Shown in pieces: positions 47,336 through 56,267 of a stretch of DNA of 64,000 bases. The stretch covers positions 43,082 to 107,081 of the forward strand of contig DJOB01000004.1 of NCBI GenBank assembly GCA_002437105.1. Direction: 5' to 3'. Under the pieces are notes generated by a model. It was given only the letters and a program-made list of their open reading frames with translations, was not told the origin of the DNA and made no database searches. Position 1 is the first letter of the stretch, and the number at the start of each line of letters is the position of its first letter. This DNA is from Bacillales bacterium UBA6449 (GTDB taxonomy: Bacteria > Bacillota_I > Bacilli_A > RFN20 > CAG-288). The position numbers and the translations under genes were made by a program.

Positions 47336-50323
47336 TTATTTCGCTATTCGCTTGATGATTTTCCATATTTTCCATTTTGATTTCGATACCGCCCAGCTGG
47401 TCTCATTGCGAGGTGGAATAGTTTTTCTTGACGCTGACGTGACGTAGTGCGTCGTGAATCGGCATTCGGGATAGCTGTGGCAGCCGAGGAAGAAATGGCG
47501 ATCCTTCTGTCTAGTGACTAGGAAGTCGTTGCACCGGGGGCAGTGGAGGTTGCGTTTGACCGCGTAGGCATCGAGGATGTGATACTTACAGTAAGGGTAG
47601 TTGGAGCAGACATAGGCTCCCTTTCCAGAATCTCTCCTGACGAGATACCCGCTTCGGCAGCGGGGACAGTGGATCCGGCGACTCTGGGCTAACGGGGCGA
47701 TCTCGGGATTGAGAATCTGGGCTTTCGACTCGATTTCGCTAGCGAAGATGGAAGGTTGGTTGGGATTTACTAGGAGGATCGTGTATCTCTTCGCTCGGGT
47801 CATGGCGACATAGAAGAGTCTCCGCTCCTCAGCGTGCGGGAACGAGTCCTGGCATCCCGAGAGGCGGGAGATGATCGGATCGGGTTCGTACAGGTTTGGT
47901 AAGCCGTATTTTCCGATCTCCAGGTTCAGGACGATCACGTGGTCAGCCTCCAGACCTTTGGAAGCATGGATGGTCATAAATCCGATGTCGAGGTCAGGGT
48001 AGCGCGAGTAGTGAATCCCGCGGTTTTTATCCATCGTTAGGAATTCCTTATTCAGGTATTCCTCGATGTCGAAATTGTTTCGGGCGAGGATGAGGATCTT
48101 TCCGGCGGGGGCGGTGCGACCGATGAAGTCCAGGGCGGTGGCTAAGGCTTCGGGTTTATTTTGGGTGTAGTACACGAACTTTAAAGGGGCGTCCACCTGG
48201 GAGGAACCGACGATGGATTTCTTTATCTGATTAGGATTCTTCATGATGAACGACGATGAGATATCAGCGGATTTCAAGGAGAGGCGGTGCGATCGAGGGA
48301 TGGTTAGAATCTTTGCGGTAGGAAACAGCTTGGAGAATTCGCTGGTGCTGGAGACGTTGGAACCGTTGAATCCGTAGATGGATTGCCAATCGTCGCCTAC
48401 GGCTAAAAGCTTGGCTCGACCATGATCGAGGATGCGGCGGAGAAAGTTTAATCGGCTGTTCGATATATCCTGAAACTCGTCCACGATCACGTATCTATAC
48501 TTGAATAGCGAGGTCTGTTGGAGGTAGTTGCTGGCCAGATTTATCATTTCGGAGAAATCTATCTCCCCTCTGCTGTCTATCTGATTCCGATAGAAGGCAT
48601 AGATGTCCTTGCATATCTTGAAGAGCAGCGTGTACTTATGGATTTCGCCGCGATCGTGGCTCATCTGTGCTGCTAGCGCATCTATCTGGTCGACCGGGAT
48701 GGACATATCGATGAGGAGAATGAGTACTGATCTGAGAAGGTTCTTCAGGTAGCGGAAGCTCTTGGAGTTAGAGAGCTTCGATAGCAATCTATTTTTCACC
48801 TCGGTCGGGGTTTCCTGTATCTCGACGCGGTGCGCAGTCAGCTGCTTAGAAAGGACGTCGACCCAGTCTCCTTCGGTGAAGTTGTAGGAATAGGTCTTAA
48901 GGCATACGGTCCCATTCTCCTGGTGGATCTTCTCCTTCCACGCCATGGAGTTGAGGTATTCTTTCTCGCCCATTCCGAACTGTGGGGCCCTTCCGTTTTT
49001 ATCTATTCCGAAATGCTCGTGGTAGATATCGTATTTCGTCAGGTAGAAATCGGGCAGGTACTGCCTTCGCTCGATGGTGGCGGTGTCGATCTTATAGGGC
49101 TTCTCGTACTCGTAATCGATTCCGTGCAGGAAGTAGAAGTTTGCGATGCTGAGCTCCTGGAGACTCTTGACCTTCTCCTTCTTGAACGTCATCTTTCTGA
49201 AGTAGAGATTCTTGAGGCTCTGGAGATTGTTGTAGTTGATAAATTTCTCTTCCTCGATCTGGTCGTCCGTGCTCATTGAGCTGAATAGGTAGAGGCTGTA
49301 GTACTGGATGATGTTGGAGATCACCTGATCGTCAGACATCCGCTCGCTGTCAAAATAGGATTCGAATATCGCTTCGAACTGATCGTCGACGAGCGGCTTT
49401 CGCTCCTCGTGGTCTTTGATTATCTCGTAGGCCAGCGCGTGAAAGGTGTCGATCTTTATCCCGGCTATCTTCTCTCCTATCTTGTCCTTCAGATCTCGGC
49501 AGGAATTCCGCGAGTAGGAGAGGACGAGGATGGTGGCGGGATCTACTCGCTCGTGTTCGATCAGCCACCGGATCTTTCCACTGATTGTCGTGGTCTTTCC
49601 GCATCCTGCGCCAGCGAGGAGGAGGACGCGATCGTCGTCGGTCAAGATCGCTCTTCTCTGGCTATCGTCGAGGCGACAGCCGTTGATGTCATCGAATATT
49701 TTGGATTTTATATTCTGGTTGAGATAGGCCTCATTCAGTCTATTGCGATATTCATCCTCGCTATCCAGGATGGAGAAATCGTACATCGGCCTGATTCCGG
49801 TCTCTTTCAACCTTGCTCTGATCGCAGCGATCCTAGCGGCTATGGACGTTTGGTCGCTAGAGCTGTAGTACTGCGTGGATTCGAAGAGGGTTTCATGTAG
49901 GCTAAATTGTTTTTTAATAGCCTCTATATTATTCTTTATGGAGTTAGCATCCTCTTGGACACAAGATAGTTTTTTGGGAATGCTCCTTCGGTCGAATAGG
50001 CTGAGAAGACCCAGGTCTGCGATGATTGGATCGAAGATTTCGCTCGAATAGCGCTGCGGATCCTTTAGGATATCGAGGTCTCGATATCTGGCTTCGGCTT
50101 CCAGAATCTTCTGGATCTTCGCGTTGTGTTCTGCAATCTCGGCCGCGGCCTTCTGGTATCTAGCTAGTACGCTAGCTTTGAGCTGTTTGCCCTTCTCTCC
50201 ACTCCCTTCGATCAGGTAGGTAAAAGGATCATCGATAGGTGTGAATTTCTTGGCCTGCTTCACCGCGGAATTCACGAATCTGTTCAGCTTATGTTCCAGC
50301 AGTATTCGCGCGAAGAGATTCAT
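47336..50323 (-). CDS. UvrD/Rep superfamily-1 DNA helicase of the helicase IV (HelD)-like type, with an N-terminal domain of about 230 aa and two C-terminal topoisomerase-type C4 zinc ribbons
   Basis: 995 aa. RLDDSQRRAILTDDDRVLLLAGAGCGKTTTISGKIRWL and ILVLSYSRNSCRDLKDKI...IDTFHALAYEII parallel E. coli helicase IV around its Walker A. Motifs VIVDEFQD, TIHASKGLEADHVIVL and FYVAMTRAKRYTILL are also present. An internal insert contains YLPDFYL...DIYHEHFG. The C-terminus carries 2 copies of CPRC...GxxVCSNYPYCKY / CPRC...FLGCHSYPECRF. Amino-acid composition is K/N/I/Y/F-rich and the codons AT-rich, unlike neighbouring genes. Confidence 0.8.
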   Translation of the reverse strand: MNLFARILLEHKLNRFVNSAVKQAKKFTPIDDPFTYLIEGSGEKGKQLKASVLARYQKAAAEIAEHNAKIQKILEAEARYRDLDILKDPQRYSSEIFDPIIADLGLLSLFDRRSIPKKLSCVQEDANSIKNNIEAIKKQFSLHETLFESTQYYSSSDQTSIAARIAAIRARLKETGIRPMYDFSILDSEDEYRNRLNEAYLNQNIKSKIFDDINGCRLDDSQRRAILTDDDRVLLLAGAGCGKTTTISGKIRWLIEHERVDPATILVLSYSRNSCRDLKDKIGEKIAGIKIDTFHALAYEIIKDHEERKPLVDDQFEAIFESYFDSERMSDDQVISNIIQYYSLYLFSSMSTDDQIEEEKFINYNNLQSLKNLYFRKMTFKKEKVKSLQELSIANFYFLHGIDYEYEKPYKIDTATIERRQYLPDFYLTKYDIYHEHFGIDKNGRAPQFGMGEKEYLNSMAWKEKIHQENGTVCLKTYSYNFTEGDWVDVLSKQLTAHRVEIQETPTEVKNRLLSKLSNSKSFRYLKNLLRSVLILLIDMSIPVDQIDALAAQMSHDRGEIHKYTLLFKICKDIYAFYRNQIDSRGEIDFSEMINLASNYLQQTSLFKYRYVIVDEFQDISNSRLNFLRRILDHGRAKLLAVGDDWQSIYGFNGSNVSSTSEFSKLFPTAKILTIPRSHRLSLKSADISSSFIMKNPNQIKKSIVGSSQVDAPLKFVYYTQNKPEALATALDFIGRTAPAGKILILARNNFDIEEYLNKEFLTMDKNRGIHYSRYPDLDIGFMTIHASKGLEADHVIVLNLEIGKYGLPNLYEPDPIISRLSGCQDSFPHAEERRLFYVAMTRAKRYTILLVNPNQPSIFASEIESKAQILNPEIAPLAQSRRIHCPRCRSGYLVRRDSGKGAYVCSNYPYCKYHILDAYAVKRNLHCPRCNDFLVTRQKDRHFFLGCHSYPECRFTTHYVTSASRKTIPPRNETSWAVSKSKWKIWKIIKRIAK

Positions 50324-50350
50324 TTCTATAATCCTTACTGAGCCGGGAAG

Positions 50351-50379
50351 ATTATAGATTTTTCAGGGCTTTAATCTAA
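50351..50379 (-). promoter_or_regulatory. Sigma-A type promoter immediately upstream of the helicase gene
   Basis: On the minus strand: TTAGAT, 17-nt spacer, TATAAT, about 20 nt upstream of the AAGGA RBS and the ATG. Confidence 0.45.
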
Positions 50380-50457
50380 AATAATTTTTCTTCCAGCGAT
50401 GAAGTTTGGATTATCCGATCGGCGATCGCGGATGATTTAAAGAGGTTCTCGTAGAGG

Positions 50458-51171
50458 CTATCGGGATTGGAATCGGTACATGAAGATTGCAGCGGCCACC
50501 GCCACATTGAGCGAGTCGAACCTTCCCATCGCGATGCGGATGGGAGTGCCGACTGCGCGGTGGTCTTTCGGTATCCCTTGTCCTTCATTGCCTAGGACGA
50601 TTCCGCATGGCTTCTCTAGATGATCGAATTCTCTCTCGTCCTTTCCTTCGAGGAGGGTGAGATAGAGGTGAGCCTTGGTAGCGAGGAGCTCCCGGTAATC
50701 CATCACGCCGACAGGGATCCTAAAGATTGCTCCCTTGGAGGCCTGGATGACTTTGCTGTTGGTGAGCGAAGCGGATTCCGGGGAGATCATGACGGACGAG
50801 AAGCCAAAGCAGAGGGCGGTCCTGATGATGGTTCCGACATTGCCGGGGTCCTGTACACCATCTAGATAGATGAAATTGTCTCCTGGAGTTTTGGTCTTGG
50901 TTACCTTGGCGATGCCGAGGACCTTTGCTGGGGTCTTGAAATTTGACAGCCGGCTGATGAGAAATTCGGGAATGATATAGGAACTCTCCGCGGGCACTAG
51001 AGCTTCGCGGCTCGCGGCGATGGTAGCCTTCAGTGCTTTGGCTCTCTTCGCCTCCTCGATGAGATCGTTCCCCTCGATGATCACTAAGTCGTCCTTCGAC
51101 TCGCCCTTCTTGATCGCCAACAGAGTCTTGAATGTTTGGCTGTGGGCGCTCGATATCTCGATGATATTCAT
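50458..51171 (-). CDS. TrmH/SpoU family RNA 2'-O-methyltransferase (RlmB/YacO-like)
   Basis: The ATG at 51171 with AGGAAG upstream lies 8 nt past the YgjP-like stop. SPOUT motifs GNVGTIIRTA, VLGNEGQGI and a knot region are present. Confidence 0.8.
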   Translation of the reverse strand: MNIIEISSAHSQTFKTLLAIKKGESKDDLVIIEGNDLIEEAKRAKALKATIAASREALVPAESSYIIPEFLISRLSNFKTPAKVLGIAKVTKTKTPGDNFIYLDGVQDPGNVGTIIRTALCFGFSSVMISPESASLTNSKVIQASKGAIFRIPVGVMDYRELLATKAHLYLTLLEGKDEREFDHLEKPCGIVLGNEGQGIPKDHRAVGTPIRIAMGRFDSLNVAVAAAIFMYRFQSR

Positions 51172-51179
51172 TTCTCTTC

Positions 51180-51863
51180 CTATTCCTTCTCCCAAAAGTG
51201 CCCAGATGAGATGATCAGGTCGTGCTTCCTGATGGTTTCCCTGTCGGCAAATGAGTACAGCGTATTGTAGAAGTTACGGTCGTGTTTCGCCACTAGGACA
51301 TGCGTGAGTTCATGGTCCACTACCGAGGCTATCACATTCGGAGCGAAAGCGAGCAGCCGCCTATCGAAGGTGAAGATGTGAGCTCGGATGGTGAGGGAGG
51401 CGAGCTTACCGCGGAACTTACCCATCCTGATGGTATAACTCGCAGGAAGGGGGATTCCCGCGCGGGCTGATTCGCGTTTCAGCAGGGCCTCCAGCACACT
51501 TCTGGCGCGCTGGTCGAACTCCGCTGTGAATCCCCGGCTGCTTCTCTGTGAGACATAGTCATCGCCGCTGGTTGGGACGGGTAGGATCCTTCGCTTCTTT
51601 CCCAGGTACCATATGGTCTTGTTCTTCCAGTCCAGCATCGGTGTGAAGCTCATATCGGGCAGCGCGGGTGAACTGAGTTTGGGGAGCATGGTACGGATGA
51701 TCGTTAGACCTCGGTCCAGTCCCAGCCGCGTTCCGATCGCACAGTCCAACATGCCGTAGCTGCGGACGATCGATACCCGGGTTCCCCCTTTTACCATATG
51801 TATATGGAGGGGGATCGTTCTCTCGCCGACCTGGATTTGCGTGTCTATTCGATCCGTTTTCAT
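51180..51863 (-). CDS. YgjP/DUF45 family predicted zinc metallohydrolase (HExxH)
   Basis: Start taken at the ATG at 51863 with GGAG 8 nt upstream. The longer ORF to 52061 would overlap the pduL-like gene. C-terminal HELTHVLVAKHDRNF fits the YgjP-type HExxH...H signature. Confidence 0.6.
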   Translation of the reverse strand: MKTDRIDTQIQVGERTIPLHIHMVKGGTRVSIVRSYGMLDCAIGTRLGLDRGLTIIRTMLPKLSSPALPDMSFTPMLDWKNKTIWYLGKKRRILPVPTSGDDYVSQRSSRGFTAEFDQRARSVLEALLKRESARAGIPLPASYTIRMGKFRGKLASLTIRAHIFTFDRRLLAFAPNVIASVVDHELTHVLVAKHDRNFYNTLYSFADRETIRKHDLIISSGHFWEKE

Positions 51864-51950
51864 CGTTAGCTCCGCTCCGTTATCAACGCTTTTTCTTTTT
51901 CTGACTACTGAGTATATATTCTCAATATAACTAGGGAGGAAAAAGGTACG

Positions 51951-52583
51951 ATGGAATATACAACTGCTCCTTTCCGCGTTGAAATAAGCGCGCATCACTG
52001 CCACGTCACCCAGGAGGTGCTGGATCGTCTGTTCGGACCGGGGATGGACCTCGATGCTCACTTCAAGAGGCCGCTCAGCCAGCCTGGGCAGTATGTTTCG
52101 GATATCCGACTCGATTGCGAGGTCAAGGGACGGGATGGTCAGATCCGCCGGATCGAGGGTCTATCGATCCTCGGACCCGTGCGGAAGTACAACCAGATCG
52201 AGATCAGCCTCACCGAGGCTTTCGCGCTCAGGATCGATGCCCCGGTTAGAAGGTCGGGTGATGTCGCGGGGAGCGTCCCCTGCACGCTGATCTACGTCGA
52301 TCCGGTTCGCCGGACTGATGTGGCGAAGGTGGAGTTACCCTGTGGTATCGTGGCTCAGAAGCGGCACATCCACCTCGATCATCAGCAGGCGGAACAGCTC
52401 GGTGTCAAGGATGGACAGCTGGTTTCGGTCGCGGTCGCGAGCCCGGTCGGGCGGGACATCATCTTCCAGGATGTTCTGATTCGGGAGGATCCGCGCTTCG
52501 ATCTTTCGATGCACCTGGATACCGACGAGGGAAATGCGGTCGGTGCCAGGGGGACGACGACGGGAAGGATCGTGAAGCTTTGA
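51951..52583 (+). CDS. pduL: PduL-type phosphate propanoyl/acetyl-transferase (phosphotransacylase)
   Basis: 210 aa with AGGGAGG upstream. Two PduL-type repeats: ISAHHCHVTQEVLDRLFG ... LSQPGQY ... ILGPVRKYNQIEISLTEAFALRIDAPVRRSGD and GIVAQKRHIHLDHQQAEQLGVKDGQLVSV ... LSMHLDTDEGNA. These are a strong match to the PF06130 family as remembered. Confidence 0.8.
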   Translation: MEYTTAPFRVEISAHHCHVTQEVLDRLFGPGMDLDAHFKRPLSQPGQYVSDIRLDCEVKGRDGQIRRIEGLSILGPVRKYNQIEISLTEAFALRIDAPVRRSGDVAGSVPCTLIYVDPVRRTDVAKVELPCGIVAQKRHIHLDHQQAEQLGVKDGQLVSVAVASPVGRDIIFQDVLIREDPRFDLSMHLDTDEGNAVGARGTTTGRIVKL

Positions 52584-52723
52584 GCTGGCGGCAGGAATAA
52601 AATTGGACTGTCGGTCTCGGCCGGGACGCCAAAACGGTCATTTGTGTCTATACTATCTGCTTGCTAAAGGAGGTCTCGGGGTCGGACGACAGAGATACCG
52701 CTCAGCCCTGAGTACATATAGAT

Positions 52724-53935
52724 ATGAAACCAAAGGTACTATTTTCGTCGGAGGCCGTAGGCGAGGGTCATCCCGATAAGGTCTGCGACCAGATCGCTGA
52801 TCGCGTGCTGGATGCCTGCATGGCTCGGGATCCGCAGGCGCAGGTCGCTTGCGAGGTCTTGGCTACTACTGAGAAGGTGATCCTTGCGGGTGAGATCACG
52901 ATGAAGGATTCCCTCAGTCCGGCGGACTACGAGCGGATCGCGAGGGATACGGTCCGGTCGATCGGCTACACCTCTCCCGAGATGGGAATCGGCGCCGACA
53001 CCATGGATGTCGAGGTGCTGATCAAATCGCAGAGTCCCGATATCTTCCGGGGTGTCGAGAAGTCTTTCGACACGGGGGCGATCGGAGCGGGAGACCAGGG
53101 AATGATGTTCGGCTACGCGACCGATGAGACGGCGAATCTGATGCCGCTCGCCTATGTGATGGCCCAGAAGATCGTTCGGGTCGCCGAAACCATGAGGAAG
53201 GCTGGTGATCTACCCGGTGCGCGACCGGATATGAAGAGCCAGGTCACGATCGACTATACCGATCCTTCTCATCCGTCGGTGAACGCGCTCGTCTTCTCCT
53301 GTCAGCACGATCCGGAGGTCTCGATCGATAGCTTCCGGAAGGAATTGAAGACTAAGGTGCTCAAGCCCGTGGTCGAATCGTTCGGCTTCCACCTGCCTGA
53401 GGAGAAGGAGATCTATATCAATCCGACCGGTCGTTTCGTTATCGGCGGCCCGCTGGGCGATACTGGACTGACTGGAAGAAAGATCGTCTGCGATACCTAC
53501 GGTGGTGCCTGCCCGCACGGCGGCGGAGCTTTTTCGGGCAAGAATCCTACCAAGGTGGATCGCACGGGTGCCTACATGGCGCGGTTCGTGGCCAAGAATG
53601 TGGTCGCCAGCGGTCTGGCCCATCGCTGCCAGGTACAGATCGCCTACGCCATCGGTGTCTCTAAGCCGGTCAGCGTCAATATCGATACTTTCGGTACTGG
53701 GATCGTGCCCGATGCGGAGATCCTGCTCGCCATCCTCGAGAACGAGTCCATCTTCGACTTTACCCCGGGAGGCATCATCACCCACTTCTCGCTCGAGCAT
53801 CCCACTTTCAAGTACGCTGATCTCTCCAACTACGGGCACTTTGGTCGTCCCGATCTCGATCTGCCTTGGGAGAAGCTGGATGGCGTCGAGTATCTGAAGC
53901 AGAGGTTCGCTCAAGCTCTGAAGTCTTCGAAGTGA
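52724..53935 (+). CDS. metK: S-adenosylmethionine synthetase
   Basis: LFSSEAVGEGHPDKVCDQIADRVLDA, GGGAFSGKNPTKVDR. Confidence 0.97.
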   Translation: MKPKVLFSSEAVGEGHPDKVCDQIADRVLDACMARDPQAQVACEVLATTEKVILAGEITMKDSLSPADYERIARDTVRSIGYTSPEMGIGADTMDVEVLIKSQSPDIFRGVEKSFDTGAIGAGDQGMMFGYATDETANLMPLAYVMAQKIVRVAETMRKAGDLPGARPDMKSQVTIDYTDPSHPSVNALVFSCQHDPEVSIDSFRKELKTKVLKPVVESFGFHLPEEKEIYINPTGRFVIGGPLGDTGLTGRKIVCDTYGGACPHGGGAFSGKNPTKVDRTGAYMARFVAKNVVASGLAHRCQVQIAYAIGVSKPVSVNIDTFGTGIVPDAEILLAILENESIFDFTPGGIITHFSLEHPTFKYADLSNYGHFGRPDLDLPWEKLDGVEYLKQRFAQALKSSK

Positions 53936-54318
53936 TCCGCTGTAGGTGAACCCGCGAGGGCTCTTACTGTCGACTGGTATTTGAGAATGCCACTCTTCTT
54001 CCTTTCGAGATGCGGCGAGCGAGGGTGTGCGGGTGATCCTCGGTCGCGAAAGCGTGAAGTATCTGATTGAAGTATTGATTGTTGCATAGCTGGGTAATAC
54101 TTATTTAATCCCTTCAGTTCCCCTGTCAGCCGTTTGATCAGTTGAGCTGAACTATCAGGGAAGCTGAGCACCTTATGATCGAGAGGAAAATTCCGCTGTT
54201 CAACCATCGGGTCCTCGTGACAGAATAGCGGTGGCGAAATGGTAAATTTCTCCTCAAAGCAATATATTTATAGGCGTTGTCTATGAGGGATGAGCTGAGA
54301 AGGTACAGGAGGGTTTCC

Positions 54319-55842
54319 ATGGATAAACCTGTTAGGGGTCATTCTAAAGCTCGCGACGAGCGTCAGAGCAAAACTCCTTTTCTCGATGCGCTGAAGGTCT
54401 ATGTCGATGCGAATCCTGCTCCTTTCGATGTACCAAACCACAAGATGGGTGGATTCGACAATGAGTTCCTAGACTATGTGGGAAAGCAGACCTATCGGGT
54501 CGATGTCAATGCGCCGTTAGGTATGGATTCGCTCCTGAAACCTCACGGGGTCATCAAGGAGGCTGAAGCCCTCTGCGCCGAGTGCTTCGGAGCCGATCGG
54601 TGCCTCTTCTCGGTGAATGGTACGACTGGCGGAATCCTCGCTGAGCTGATGGGGATCCTGCGTCCGAAGGACAAGATCATCTTGCCGCGCAACGTTCATC
54701 GCTCCATCATCAATGGCCTGATCCTCTCCGGGGCGGTACCCATCTTCGTCCAGCCCGATATCGATCCGCTGACCGGTATCGCCAACGGTGTACCCCTTTC
54801 TGCCTTCAAGGAGGCGGTGGAGAAGAATCCTGATGCCAAGGCGGTCTTCGTCATCAATCCTACCTATTTTGGTATCAGCTCCGATCTCAAGGGGATTGCG
54901 GAACTGGCGCACGAGCACGGCATGATTGCGATGGCCGACGAGGCTCACGGGACGCATTTCTATCTCGACCGGCATCTGCCGCTGGGAGCGCTGCAGGCGG
55001 GTTTCGATATCTCGGCTTGCTCCATGCACAAGACGGCTGGCAGTCTGACCCAGTCCTCGATCGTCATATCTAAGGGTAAGAGGGTGGATTGGGAGAGGGT
55101 GAAGAACGTCTTCACGATGCTTACCTCCACCTCGCCTTCCTCGCTGCTTATCGCCAGCATCGATGCGGCGCGGAAGCGGATGTACTTCGAGGGTGAAGCG
55201 CTGCTCGAGCGGTCGGTTCAGCTGGCGACTCGCGCGCGCGAGGCGCTCGTGAAGATCCCCGGTATCTCGGTCCTCGATCGGACCTATCTGACGAGGGACG
55301 GCCGGTGCGATCTGGATCCTACTAGACTCGTCATCAATGTCTCCGGCCTGGGTATCACGGGTTTCGATGCCTATCGCGAGCTGAAGATCAACAGCGGGGT
55401 CCAGCTGGAGCTGGGCGAGATCAACTGCTGTCTAGCTCTCGTGGGAATCGGTTCGACCGATGAGCAGGTGGACCGGCTGATCAAGGCGTTCGCCGATCTC
55501 TCCGCCGCGCATTACGGCAAGCGTCAGCCCCTGCGCTTCCCTCGCTTCTCTCCTGAGTTCCCCGAGCTTGTCATCCGTCCGCGCGTGGCTTTCAACGCTC
55601 CCTCTAAGGTTGTTCCCCTCAAGGAGGCGGCAGGAGAGATCTCAGCCGAGGCGGTGATGGTCTATCCGCCAGGAATACCCTTCCTCATCCCCGGCGAGAG
55701 AGTGACCGAGGACTGCCTCAAGGAGCTGAGGTTCTACGTTCGCCACGGAGGAGTGGTGATGTCTGATACCTCGCCTGAGACCATCAAGATCGTCGATCAC
55801 TCCAAGTGGTTCGCCGCTTCAGATATCGATTACGACTACTAG
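54319..55842 (+). CDS. PLP-dependent Orn/Lys/Arg decarboxylase, fold-type I (SpeA/YaaO-like)
   Basis: ATG at 54319 after GGAGGG. SVNGTTGG, ADEAHGTHF and the PLP-lysine motif SMHKTAGSLTQSS are present, plus a C-terminal OKR_DC C-domain. Substrate cannot be assigned from sequence alone. Confidence 0.85.
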   Translation: MDKPVRGHSKARDERQSKTPFLDALKVYVDANPAPFDVPNHKMGGFDNEFLDYVGKQTYRVDVNAPLGMDSLLKPHGVIKEAEALCAECFGADRCLFSVNGTTGGILAELMGILRPKDKIILPRNVHRSIINGLILSGAVPIFVQPDIDPLTGIANGVPLSAFKEAVEKNPDAKAVFVINPTYFGISSDLKGIAELAHEHGMIAMADEAHGTHFYLDRHLPLGALQAGFDISACSMHKTAGSLTQSSIVISKGKRVDWERVKNVFTMLTSTSPSSLLIASIDAARKRMYFEGEALLERSVQLATRAREALVKIPGISVLDRTYLTRDGRCDLDPTRLVINVSGLGITGFDAYRELKINSGVQLELGEINCCLALVGIGSTDEQVDRLIKAFADLSAAHYGKRQPLRFPRFSPEFPELVIRPRVAFNAPSKVVPLKEAAGEISAEAVMVYPPGIPFLIPGERVTEDCLKELRFYVRHGGVVMSDTSPETIKIVDHSKWFAASDIDYDY

Positions 55843-55872
55843 GTCTCGGCTCCGATTCTAGAGAAATGTTGA

Positions 55873-55905
55873 CCACCAGCGGTTGCTGGTGGCCTTTTAT
55901 TTTGT
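55873..55905 (+). terminator. Intrinsic terminator after the decarboxylase gene
   Basis: CCACCAGC-GGTT-GCTGGTGG followed by CCTTTTATTTTG. Confidence 0.65.
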
Positions 55906-56155
55906 GCAAAATGAAAGGGATACCGAGAAAACGTGTTGCTTATTTCACTTAAATTTTGCTATGTTTAAGTGTTTTTCACATCTGGTAGCAGCTGGCGATA
56001 TTTTCAAAAAACCTAATTATTTGGCTTGTAATTTTGAATATTGTGGGCTTATGTTCTACAAAAGTCTAATATTTTTTCATGATTAGCGATTCCACTAGTT
56101 CCTTAATAAACGGCGGTTTGCCTTCAATCCCACTTATCAAATATTGTTTTAACCC

Positions 56156-56197
56156 TTGACTATGTCGACACTTTGCCTATACTTGTAAGCGCTTAGG
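56156..56197 (+). promoter_or_regulatory. Promoter of the sugar-utilisation operon with an overlapping palindromic cre/LacI-family-type operator
   Basis: TTGACT (56156-61), 16-nt spacer, TATACT (56178-83). Immediately downstream is TTGTAAGCGCTTAG, containing the perfect palindrome TAAGCGCTTA (56186-56195). It matches the TGNAANCGNTTNCA consensus at 10 of 12 fixed positions. Confidence 0.45.
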
Positions 56198-56267
56198 GAG
56201 ACTAGTAGAGAAGTGTTTCCTGCCTGTTTCTCCCTGAAGCCAACAAGTAACCTAAAGGAGGTTATCA

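Noticed and set aside
52584-52723. Possible SAM (S-box) riboswitch upstream of metK
   Set aside because: The leader is only about 140 nt and shows none of the conserved SAM-I helices or the kink-turn and pseudoknot consensus by eye. Left as not detected; an Infernal scan would settle it.
53911-54207. 98-aa minus-strand ORF between metK and the decarboxylase gene
   Set aside because: No RBS, and composition unlike real genes here. It overlaps the metK 3' end and is likely a spurious intergenic ORF.
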